Positions 1-9,900 of a stretch of DNA of 64,000 nucleotides are shown here, piece by piece (within the stretch, counting starts at the first letter, position 1; every line of letters begins with the position of its first letter). Made by a program: the position numbers and the translations under genes. The stretch comes from an uncultured Collinsella sp. (lineage in GTDB: Bacteria > Actinomycetota > Coriobacteriia > Coriobacteriales > Coriobacteriaceae). The notes under the pieces were generated by a model that was not told the DNA's origin, searched no databases, and was given only the letters and a program-made list of their open reading frames with translations. The stretch spans positions 17,864-81,863 of the forward strand of contig CABUAT010000005.1 of assembly GCA_902489665.1 (NCBI GenBank), written 5' to 3'.

Positions 1-420
1 GCTTGCCACCGTCTCCAGGATGCTGCGATCGGTGAGCACCGATGATGCGCGCGAGCTGTCGTAGCTCGATAGCAGTGTGAGCTTGGGTGCGCCTGCGTCG
101 TCGACCGTATAGATGCCCGCGACCTCGCCGGCCTTAAGCGCACGGTTCGCATCGGCTGCGTCGTCGCACTCGTGGATCTCGAGCAGCTGATTGTCGCTCT
201 CCTTGGCAAGCGAAGCCGCCGCATCCTTAAAGGTCGAGGCGTCCCAGGCCTCATCCGCTACGACAGCCACTGGCACCGGGTCGATCTTGCCGTCGGAGCT
301 GAGGTTCGCAAACATAAACATAAACATCGTGGAAAGCGCGATGGGAAAGAGAGCGCCCCAAACCCACGTGCTCGGCCGGCGCAGCAGCGTCTTGACCGTA
401 ATGATAATGGTGTTGAACAT
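1..420 (-). CDS. ABC-2 type transporter permease, N-terminal part (gene runs off the left edge)
   Basis: Absent from the ORF track because it is truncated. My own translation of the minus strand from the ATG at 420-418 gives MFNTIIITVKTLLRRPSTWVWGALFPIALSTMFMFMFANLSSDGKIDPVPVAVV..., open to position 1. It has one N-terminal hydrophobic helix followed by a long soluble stretch, as in ABC-2 permeases. It starts about 10 nt after the stop of the upstream ABC ATPase gene. Confidence 0.6.
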   Translation of the reverse strand, partial: MFNTIIITVKTLLRRPSTWVWGALFPIALSTMFMFMFANLSSDGKIDPVPVAVVADEAWDASTFKDAAASLAKESDNQLLEIHECDDAADANRALKAGEVAGIYTVDDAGAPKLTLLSSYDSSRASSVLTDRSILETVAS

Positions 421-429
421 GGCCGCCCC

Positions 430-1368
430 CTAGTCGCGCAGCTCGCGGCCGGTGATCTCGAGGAACACGTCGTTGAGGGTCGGTGGCTCGCTCCACACGC
501 GGCCGAGCGCAACGTCGGCAGCGCGCAGCGTGTCGAGGATGTCGACCAGATTGTGCGGACTCGTCTCGCAGGTGCAGACGAGCTCGCCGCCGGACAGCTC
601 GACGCTGAGCACGTGCTCGAGGGCGCGCAGCCGCTCGACCGTGGCGGTCTCGACGGCGCCGACCTCGACAGTCACGCGCTCGCCCATTTGAATCATGCGT
701 TTGAGCTCGTCATTGGTGCCCTGCGCCAGCACACGTCCGCCGTCCATGATCATGATGCGGCTGCAAATCTGCTCGACTTCCTCCATGTAATGGCTGGTAT
801 ACACCACCGTGGCGCCCTCGTCGCGCAAGCGGCAGATGCCCTCCAAGATGGCGTTGCGACTCTGCGGGTCGACTGCCACCGTGGGCTCGTCAAAGAAGAT
901 GAGCTCGGGCTTGTGCGCGATGCCGCAGGCAATGTTGAGGCGACGCGCCAGGCCGCCCGAGAGCTTGCCGGGGCGGAACTTGGCAAAGTCGCCCAGCCCG
1001 ACAAAGTCGATCGCCTCGTCCACCAGCGCACGGCGGCGCTTACGGTCGCTAACGTAAAGGCTGCAGAAATAGTCGATATTCTCGCGCACGGTGAGCTCGT
1101 CGAATACCGCCACCTGCTGCGGGACCACGCCGATGCGGCGCTTGAGGTCGTAGCGGGCGGGCGTCATGGGCTCGCCGAACAGCTCGATGGTGCCCTTGTC
1201 GTAGGCGAGCAGCTGCAGGATGCAGTTGATGGACGTGGTCTTGCCCGAGCCGTTGGGGCCCAGCAGGCCAAAGATCTCGCCGGGGGCGATGCTGAGGTTA
1301 AAGTGGTCGAGCGCGATAAGGTCGTCGTAGCGCTTGACGAGGTTTTCGACGTGGACGATGTCTGTCAT
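430..1368 (-). CDS. ABC transporter ATP-binding protein (ABC-2/DrrA-like exporter ATPase)
   Basis: 312-aa ORF with Walker A GPNGSGKTT, ABC signature LSGGLARRL and Walker B ELIFFDEPT. It is followed by a permease gene. Confidence 0.9.
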   Translation of the reverse strand: MTDIVHVENLVKRYDDLIALDHFNLSIAPGEIFGLLGPNGSGKTTSINCILQLLAYDKGTIELFGEPMTPARYDLKRRIGVVPQQVAVFDELTVRENIDYFCSLYVSDRKRRRALVDEAIDFVGLGDFAKFRPGKLSGGLARRLNIACGIAHKPELIFFDEPTVAVDPQSRNAILEGICRLRDEGATVVYTSHYMEEVEQICSRIMIMDGGRVLAQGTNDELKRMIQMGERVTVEVGAVETATVERLRALEHVLSVELSGGELVCTCETSPHNLVDILDTLRAADVALGRVWSEPPTLNDVFLEITGRELRD

Positions 1369-1566
1369 GAGGCGGCCCTTCCGTTGATTGCAGCCCGGTA
1401 CGATTGCATCATCGCAGGAGCCGCCGGCGCGCGCCAGTGAGCTTTGTCACGAGTGTAGGGCTTGGTCGCGCGGCCCGCCGGTGCCCCCGCTTTGCCGCGT
1501 GGGAGGAATGTCACGGTTGCTCCGGGTGGCGCCTCCCCCATGCGCGGCATCGCGTACAATACCCGT

Positions 1567-2712
1567 ATGAACAGGCTTTTCGACAAATCGATCGTGCTGG
1601 CGTGCTGTATTGCGGCCGCCATGGGCCTTGCCGTGGACGCTCGTCTGGTTGTGGCGTTTTGCCTTGGCATTATTGCCACCTCGCTGGCCGAGGTCACACA
1701 GGGGAAACGCACCCGGCGCGCGAGCGAGGCCGCGAGCTGCGCTTACATCATCGCGGCCGTCTTCGTACCGCCGTTTGTGCCGTTTGCGCCCCTCGCCTTC
1801 TATGACATCGCGCGGCGCGTGCGCCGTGAACGCACCTGGCCCGCGCTGGCGATTGGCGCAGTGTTTGTCTGCGCGCTTATCGCGGACCTTCGCACCGACG
1901 CGCTCACCGCCCGAACGCTCCTGCTGACCGCCATCCTTTCGGTTGCCGCCACCCTGCTATCGCTACGTACCGCCCAGTTGGAGCGCGAGCAGCAGCGCAT
2001 GCGCCGCACCCGCGACGAACTGCAGGAACGAGCCCTCGCGCTCGAGGCGCGCAACCGTGATCTTGCCGATCGCCAGGACTACGAAGTCGAGCTCGCGACG
2101 CTCGCCGAACGCGCCCGCATCGCGCGCGAGATCCACGATAACGTCGGGCACCAGCTCACGCGTGCCTCACTGCAGGCCGAAGCCTTGCGCGTGGTCCACG
2201 CCGACGAGCCCGGCGTCGCCGCCGATTTCGCCGACGTCAAACGCACGGTTGACGAGGCGCTCCAGCTTGTGCGCACCAGCGTCCACGCGCTCAACGACAA
2301 CGCCGTCGACCTTTCCGTGCAGCTCGAACGCATTGTTGAAGGCGCGCGCTCGGACGGCGGCCCGCAGATTGAGCTTGAAGTTTTGGCCGAGCATGCACCC
2401 GCAAACGTCGCCAACTGTTTTGCGGCGGTCCTGCGCGAGGCGCTTTCCAACGCCATGCGCCACGCTTGCGCCCAGACCGTCACCGTACGATGCATGGAGC
2501 ATCCGTCGTTTTACCAGCTCATCGTTACCGATGATGGCGCGGACGCGACCCCGGCGAGCAGCAGCAACGTCGTAGAAGGCATGGGGCTCGCCTCCATGCG
2601 CGAGCGCGTCGAGGCGCTTGGCGGAACCTTCACCGCCGGCCTGCGCGCCGGCGCCCCCGGCTGGCGCGTGTTTGCCACCGTCCCCAAACAGCAAGGAGAT
2701 GAGGACCGATGA
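1567..2712 (+). CDS. Sensor histidine kinase, HisKA_3 (NarL/LiaS/DesK) class
   Basis: ORF 1462-2712. I prefer the ATG at 1567 (MNRLFDKS...) because the upstream codons look like Arg/Pro/Gly shadow sequence. It has several N-terminal hydrophobic helices, a coiled coil, the H-box EIHDNVGHQLT and ATPase motifs (SNAMRHA, DDG, GMGLASMRERV). The stop overlaps the response-regulator start (ATGA). Confidence 0.85.
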   Translation: MNRLFDKSIVLACCIAAAMGLAVDARLVVAFCLGIIATSLAEVTQGKRTRRASEAASCAYIIAAVFVPPFVPFAPLAFYDIARRVRRERTWPALAIGAVFVCALIADLRTDALTARTLLLTAILSVAATLLSLRTAQLEREQQRMRRTRDELQERALALEARNRDLADRQDYEVELATLAERARIAREIHDNVGHQLTRASLQAEALRVVHADEPGVAADFADVKRTVDEALQLVRTSVHALNDNAVDLSVQLERIVEGARSDGGPQIELEVLAEHAPANVANCFAAVLREALSNAMRHACAQTVTVRCMEHPSFYQLIVTDDGADATPASSSNVVEGMGLASMRERVEALGGTFTAGLRAGAPGWRVFATVPKQQGDEDR

Positions 2713-3338
2713 GGCTCATCGTTGTCGACGACGACCGCTTAGTGGTCGATTCGCTCAAGATTATCCTGGGCGCCCAGCCGCAGATCGAGGTAGTGGGTAC
2801 CGGCGCCAACGGCAACGACGCGGTTTCGCTCTATGCCGAACACGCACCCGATATCGCGCTGCTCGACATTCAGATGCCGGAACGCGACGGCCTATCGGCG
2901 GCACGCGAGATCCTTGAGCACGAACCCACGGCACGCGTGGTGTTTTTGACGACATTCTCGGATGACGAGTACATTGTGTCGGCGCTTAAACTGGGCGCCC
3001 GCGGCTACCTGATTAAAACCGATGTCGCCGCCATTCCACCAGCGTTGGCGCAGGTCATGGCTGGCAAGCGCGTGCTCGAGGGCAAGGCGATCGAGGACAT
3101 CGATTTTGACGGAACGGACGTCGAGGCGGGCACGCCCCGCCAGCCCGCAGCCTTCGCCAGCCTGACCGACCGCGAGTTCGAAGTCGCCGAACTCATCGCC
3201 CGCGGCCTCGACAACAAAGAGATCGCCGCCACCGCCTACATGGGCGAAGGCACCGTGCGCAACCACATCAGCTCGATCCTTGCAAAGATGGGCCTACGCA
3301 ACCGAACGCAGATCGCCATCGCCTATCTGCGAGGGTAA
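2709..3338 (+). CDS. Response regulator, NarL/LuxR family
   Basis: 209 aa. Receiver domain (IVVDDD...LDIQMPERDG) plus a LuxR/GerE HTH (LTDREFEVAELIARGLDNKEIAATAYMGEGTVRNHISSILAKMG). Confidence 0.9.
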   Translation: MRLIVVDDDRLVVDSLKIILGAQPQIEVVGTGANGNDAVSLYAEHAPDIALLDIQMPERDGLSAAREILEHEPTARVVFLTTFSDDEYIVSALKLGARGYLIKTDVAAIPPALAQVMAGKRVLEGKAIEDIDFDGTDVEAGTPRQPAAFASLTDREFEVAELIARGLDNKEIAATAYMGEGTVRNHISSILAKMGLRNRTQIAIAYLRG

Positions 3339-3398
3339 TTACCCAACGTCCGACCGCCCCGGCATAGCAAAATGGCTGCTACCGATTTAATGCCATTT

Positions 3399-3552
3399 CA
3401 AAACTATGCCGGTTTACTACGATGAATCGCCCGCCTTCGACCACGGTAAATTGCGCGCTTGCAAAACCGCAGGTAGAACGCTTGCAATATTTAGAAAAAT
3501 GCAGTCATGGTCGGGAATGTCGAATTTATCGTAGTAAACCGGCATAGTTTTG
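3399..3552. repeat. Nested-palindrome element, type A, copy A1 (154 bp)
   Basis: The outer arms caaaactatgccggtttactacgat (3399-3423) and atcgtagtaaaccggcatagttttg (3528-3552) are exact reverse complements. Inner arms are cgaccacgg / catggtcg. The core contains aaaaccgcaggtagaacgc. A second copy of identical length sits at 10721-10874. Confidence 0.85.
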
Positions 3553-3595
3553 TTCGGGCGGCCCTGCACGAGTGTCTCCGCCAGCCTCGCGGGAC

Positions 3596-3800
3596 CAAAA
3601 TGATCCGTTTTCCTCCGTCCCCAAGGGATCAGCCGGAACCGCCCGCCACGAAATCGGCCCATCTACTACGTTTGACGCGATACCCCTGACCATGCCTTCG
3701 TTTTGAACAAAACCGCAGGCGTTCTACCTGCGGTTTTGTTTTCGCGTTTTTTGGCATGGTTGGGGGTAAGGGACTAAACGTAGTAGATGGGCCGGTTTCG
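3596..3800. repeat. X module plus nested-palindrome element type B, copy B1 (B1 proper 3649-3800, 152 bp)
   Basis: The arms cgaaatcggcccatctactacgttt (3649-3673) and aaacgtagtagatgggccggtttcg (3776-3800) are complementary except for one mismatch. Inner arms are gaccatgcc / ggcatggt. The central hairpin aacaaaaccgcagg-cgttcta-cctgcggttttgtt (3707-3740) is followed by a T-rich run, so it resembles a bidirectional terminator. It is preceded by the ~50-bp module caaaatgatccgttttcctccgtcc..., which recurs at 10419, 10657 and, inverted, at about 25809. Confidence 0.85.
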
Positions 3801-3944
3801 AGGCGAACCCTTCTCGCCTACGCACAAAAGCGCCGCCACGGAGGAGGGAGATACCTCCGTGGCGGCTGGGGCTGGGGGTGGGGCTATGTTCTGGCTCCCC
3901 GCCGGCCGCCCGGGGCCTTCTGGCCCCGGGCGCTGCCAGCGTGC

Positions 3945-6900
3945 CTAGCGCTTACGGATACCCCAGACCAGGGCTCCGACGCCGGCCATGGCGATGACAA
4001 ATGCCATAAGCAGAGCGGCAGCCTGCTGGTCGCCTGTGGTGGGCAGGAAACCCTTGACCGTCTTGACGATGTTCGTCACGGTCTTGGGCGTGCCGGGATC
4101 GGGTGTCGGCGTAGGAGTCTCGGGCTTCTTGTACGTGTTGTTGAACACGATACCCTCGACGCTCCTGTCGCCCTTGGTAAAGGCGACGTTCGCCTTGAGG
4201 TTGCCCTCGCCGTCATCGACCACGTTGACGGTCGCGGTAAAGACGGACTTGTCGTAGGTCATACCGGACTCGTCGCCCTTGACCTCGCTGATGGTATAGA
4301 CGTACGTACCGGGCTCGTCGTACTCGAACTTGTCGAAGTTGATCTTACCGTCGGCATCGTTGGTGACGGTGGACTCGATGCCCTCGCCAACGAGCTTAAA
4401 GCTAAACTCGTCCTTCTTGAGCTCGCGCCCCTCGAGCACCTTGATGGCGCCGATGGAGACCTGCGTAGGCATGGCGTGATACTTGTTGGTAAAGCCAGCC
4501 GACTCGGTGGTTCCCTCGAGCTTGTGCGTCGCGGTCAGCGTGCCGTCGCCGTTGTCGGAAACGGTGGTCACGACGGTGTAGGTCGTGCCGTCATAGGTGA
4601 CACCCTTGTACAGGCCGAGCGCGTTGGGGCAAGCCTCGCGCAGCGTGTACGTGTGCGTGCCGGGTGCCTCGTAGCGGATCGGGCTCAGTGTCACAGTGCC
4701 GTTGGCGTCGTTGGCGCCGCTTGCGACAACCACGTCGTCCTCGAGCAGATCAAACGTGAACTCACCAGCTGCAAGGTCGCGTCCGGTCAGACGCTTGACC
4801 GTCTTGACCTGATCGGTCACGGAAGAATCGGTAGGCGCCACGCTGTAGGTGTTGGTGAACGTGAAGGCAGCACCGTCGTCGCCTTCGCGCTTGACGCTCA
4901 GGTGTCCGGCGCCGTCGTCAGTCACGGTATAGGAAACCTTGCGCGTGGCGTTGGCGTCGTTAGTCACGCCAGGGGCGCTGCCGGACTCGGTCACCATGTA
5001 GGTAAAGGTGTGCGAGCGCGGGGCGGTGGGGGCTGCGGGCTCGGACTCGTCGCTGGGCTCATCGGCGTTGGCATCAACGTCGGCGTCGGCCTCTTCAGCC
5101 TCTGCCTCGTCGGCCTCGACCTCGTCAGCTTCGTCTGCCTCGGCCCTATCGGTTGCATCGTCCGTCACGCCCAGGGCGCGGTTGAGGTCCTCGAGCGTAA
5201 AGTGGATCTTGCCAAAGTCCACGTTACCGGCTGCGTCGTTGGTTACGGTCGTGCGCTCGGGCATCGGGGCGCCCGCCTCGTCAGCGGTCACGGTAAAGGT
5301 GAACTTGCCCGCGATGTCAGCCGGGGTCAGGCCCTCGGCTGCCTGGAGCTTCTTGGTGCCGATGAGTGCGGCATCCACGGCCTCGGCGCCGTAGACGTTT
5401 TCGAACAAGGGCTCGACGCCACCGTAGTCGACCGTTGCCGTCAGGGTACCGTCACCGTTGTCGACAACGATAACCTTAAAGCCAAAGCTCCACGTTGTAG
5501 CGGAAACGCCATTCGGCAGCCCGAATAAATCTTCGTAGGCCGTGTAGTTAATGGTCCAAGCGAGCTTACCGTCCTTGTCGGTACGATGGGCAAGCCCAGC
5601 CGCCTCAAGATTGGCAAGCATCTCGGTGTCGTAGTGCAGCGCATCAAAGCTCACATGCCCGCCGATATTGGGCTTGAGGTTTTCGTATGCCACAAGCTCA
5701 CCCTGATAGGCGATGCCGAACCAGAACTCGCCGTCGGCCATCGGGCGACCGGTCAGAGTCTTGGTGGCAACGACCTGAGCAGCGGTGCCACCAGGCGTGT
5801 TGGTCGTAGCGCTGTAACTGTTGTGGAACGGCACCAGGGCCTTCTCGACCTTGTTCTCGCCACTCTTGTGGACCGTCTCATGCGTGCCCTCGGGACCACC
5901 GGAAACGGTCGTCGTAGCAGTGAGCGTACCGGCGGTGTCGTCGACGATGGCGATCGTCACCGTGCGTACGGCGTCATCGTAGGTGTAACCGGGCTGGCCG
6001 TCGTTCTTTTCGGCCACGGTGTACTTGAAGGTCTTGCCGGCGTCAGCTTGCGTAAATTTAACCTCATGACCAGCCAGAATGTCGATCAGTCCGACCGTTC
6101 CCTCTATCGTTGCGGGGGACTCGAAGTTGTTGGCCCCGGGCAGCAGGCCAAGTGCGCGAGCCGAATCATCGTCGGCGGGCGTCACGGTAAAGGTGAATTG
6201 ACCCTCGGTCATGGGACGTCCGCAGAGGGTCTTGCTGAGCTTGAGGCCGCCGGCCGCGGCGTCATCGAGCTCAGTGCGGTATGTGTTGGTAAAGCGCCCG
6301 TTTTCCTTCTTGGTGACGTTGGCGGTCAGGTTGCCCTCGCCGTCCTCGGTCACGGTCACTTCGGCGGTTGCGACATGCGCGTCATACGTCATGCCGACCG
6401 TGCTGCCCGCGTTCTCGCGAATCTCGTACTTATAGGTTCCGGCAGCCGCAAAGTGAATCTTGCCGAACTTGATGGCGGCAATGCCGTCCTCCGCGTCCCC
6501 CTTGCTCACGGTTACGGTTGCGGGATCGGGCAGTGGGACGCCCTCGGGAGCGGTGATGGTAAAGCTAAACTCGTCCCCATCCGTCCAGTCGCGGCCGTCA
6601 ATAGCCTTGCTCAGGCCAAAGTCGAGCTCCGCATCGAGCGGGGTCACGCTGTAGGTGTTCTTGAACTCGGCAGGCTCGGTGCCCTTCAGAACATGTGTGA
6701 CACTGAGCGTACCGTCGCCATTGTCCGTGATGGTGGTCTCGATGGCGTACTTGGCGTCACTGTAGGTGATGCCCTTGCTGGTGGTTCCGCCGTTGACCTC
6801 GCGCAGCGTGTAGGTGTGCTTGCCGGGCTTGTCGTAGGCAATCTTGTCCATGGCAATCGTGCCGTCAGCAGCGTTGGTACCCTTGGCGACGACCTTGTCG

Positions 6901-9900
6901 CCCTCGACCAGCTCAAAGGAGAACTCGCCGGCAGCAAGCTCACGCCCGGTCAGAACCTTGTTCGCGGTAATCTGGTCGGTGACGCTCGTCTCGACAGGCG
7001 TCGCGCTGTAGGTATTGGTGAACGTAAATGCCGCGTTGCCGTCCGGCTTGCGGGACACGCTCAAATTGCCCTTGCCGTCATCGGTCACGGTGAAGGAAAC
7101 CTCGCGCGACGGCTTGGCGTCGTTGGTCACGCCAGCGACCTCGCCGGACTCGGTCACGGTGTAGGTAAAGGTGTGCTCGCGCTTCTCGGGCTTCTCGCCC
7201 AGAGCCTTGTTAAGGTCGTCGAGCGTAAAGGTGATCTTGCCAAAGTCGACCTTGCCCTTGGCATCATTGGTCACGCTCGCGTTCGCGGGCATGGGTGCGC
7301 CCTCTTCACCGGTCACGGTAAAGGTGAACTTGCCGTTGATGTCGACCGGCATCAAGCCGTCGGCGACCTGCAGGTTCTTGATGCCCACAAGCGATGCCTC
7401 GGTAGCATTCGTGGTGTAGGCGTTCTTGAACTCGATGCTCTTGACGTCCTTGGCGTCCTTCAGCTCGTGCGTGGCAACCAGCTGGCCCTTGCCGTTATCG
7501 CTGATGGTCGTCACGATGGTGTAGGTCGTATCGTCGTAGGTGATGCCGCCAGCGTCGCCCTTGACCTCGCGCAGCATGTAGATGTGCTGGCCGATCTCGG
7601 TGTACTTGATGGCGCTGAACGTCACCTTGCCGTCGGCGCCGTTCGCAACGGTCTCGATAAGCTCAGAGTCCTCGCCCTTAACCTCGCGCAGCTCAAAACT
7701 GAACTCACCGGCCGTAAGGTCGCGCCCGGTCAGAGACTTGGTCACGTCAATCTTGTCGGTAACGCTGGACTCAACAGGATCCGCAGCGTAGACGTTCTTG
7801 AACTCGGTCACTTCGGCTTCACTCCAGGCCACCTTCACAGCGGCGCTGAGCTCACCCTTCTTGTTGGGCGTCACCGTCACGGTGATCTCCGCGACGCTAC
7901 CGCTGTAGGCAATGCCGTCAATCGTGGTCCCGGCGTGCTTTTCGCTAACCTTGTAGACGTACGTGCCAGGCTCGGTGTATTCAATCGTGCCGAAGTCGAT
8001 GGCAGCCTTGCCCTTGTCGTCCAGGTCGGCCCCGTGCACGATCGCAGTCGTAGTCGCAGGCATCGGAGCATTGCCCTCGGACGTCAGCCCAAACTCAAAC
8101 GTGTCCGTATCCGTCCAAGCGCGGCCCTCGAGCACCTTGGTTAGACCAAAGCTGGCCTTGGTGTTCACCATTGCCGGCATCATGTCATACGCAAAGCTGA
8201 TCTTGCCGTTGTTGCCCAGGTAGGAATTGACATGCGTCGCGGTCGCCTTGGCGGACACGTTATTCCACTTGGGGTTGAGAACGTCGGTCGCGGTGCCGGT
8301 GTTGTTGCCGCCCACGCTCTTCTTGGTGGTGTGGAGCTCATCGATAAAGGCCAGGCGCGCGGTTCCCACGCTAAACGACAGGTTTCCGTCCTTGTCGGCA
8401 ACTATAGCGCCGTCAAACTTGGCAGCGTCGCCACCGATGAACTCGATGACGGCGGTGGTGGGCTTGGCCTCGCCGTTCTTGCCCTGCTCCTCAAACTCAT
8501 CCTTGTAGTAATAGGTGCCTTTCTCTGCCAGTGAATTCTTTGCGGGCTGTGTGCAGTCCTTGTCCGTGTAAATGGGAGTCTGCTTCTGGAAGTAGTAGTA
8601 GCGGTTGGTGTCGGCCGGCTCAAAGGTCGCAACCGTATCGCCCAACGCACCACCGCTCCACTTGTTCGCGTAGAAGCTCACGGTCTTGGTGCCGTTGGCA
8701 ACAGCCGTATTGCTCTCGATGTAATCCTTGAGCCCCGTTACCTTCTCGGGCGTAAACAGGTTGTCGAGTGCGACCTTCTTCACGCTCGAGGCATACTTCA
8801 CCTGGATGGGCTTAACGGTATCGACCGAAAGCTTGCCGTCTACGGTCTTAAAGTGACTCAGCGGAATCAACGACGCGGGAATGTTGACCGTTACGATATC
8901 GCCCTTCTGGGGATTGTCGTCGCCGGCACGCTGCGCGGTAATGAGCAGGTCTTTTGCCTTGCCATCGAACTCGTACGTATCGGTCTTGGTTTCTTTGTTG
9001 ACCGTCTTGCTCGGATTGGTAAACGGCGTGCCGTTGATGACGACCTCGGTGAAGCTGTCGACCTGCATAAAGTCGCCCAGCTCGTCGGTAAACGTGATGT
9101 AGCCGGACTTGGTCTCGTCGTAGCCCTTATGGATTTCGGTCGGATAAGGCGCCTCCGATGTGATGGCCTGCGAGATGTCGTCGAAAACCTTCTTGAGCTC
9201 TTCGGCATTGGTCGCCGACTTGTAGTAGTCGGCGTTTTCCGCGCGTGCACCATGAGTATCCCATGCCGTGGCATTGGGGTAGTTGCTCGAAACGGCCTGC
9301 ATGAACTTGTTCTCTTTTTGGCTTTTTCCCGAATCCTGGATACCAGCGCTGGGATCCGCGCCATCAAAGATGCCGATAGTATAAACGGTGGCCTTGCTGT
9401 CCTTCATGTTCTTGGCAGCCGCCACGGCAGCGTTAGCAACCGTAGGATCAAACTTGTCAATTTTCGTTGGCGTGCCGTCGGTAAAGAACACAACAATCTT
9501 CTTGGCGTCCGCGCGACCAGAAGTGATACCCTCTGCCAGCTGCAGACCATTGTCGGCGCGCGTTGCACCAGCGGGTGTAATCTGGGCAATCCTATGCTTA
9601 AGAGCTTTCACGTTGCCGCCGGAGCAATCGGTCAGGTCTTTCATAACCTGTGTGTAATTGTAGGTGTATCCTCCGTCACGATACGTCTCGTTGCCGATAT
9701 TGTTGGACGTCTTGCCCGCAAACTTAACGATAGCAACCTTATGCTGCCTATCCACGCCCTCGATGCCCTCGTTTTGTTTGGCAATGGCGTCGATGAAGCT
9801 GCTGGCAGCGCTCTCCAGCGCATCGATGCGCCTGGTGGGATCTCCACCGCCCATCTCATGATCCATCGAGCCAGAGGCATCCAGCACCATCACGATGTCG

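Noticed and set aside
3600-3689. Conserved micro-ORFs starting in the X module: MIRFPPSPRDQPEPPATKSAHLLRLTRYP at 3600-3689, MIRFPPSTGDQLVTLATKSGHLLRLTRYPRP at 10423-10518, MIRFPLSTGDQGLLRIWC at 10662-10718, and MICFPLSPRGITWG on the minus strand at 25786-25830.
   Set aside because: The peptide similarity simply mirrors nucleotide repeat conservation, and the conserved ATKS.HLLRL part is the left palindrome arm. Differences between copies are mostly non-synonymous, lengths and stops differ, and there is no consistent RBS. I treat them as non-coding unless ribosome profiling says otherwise.
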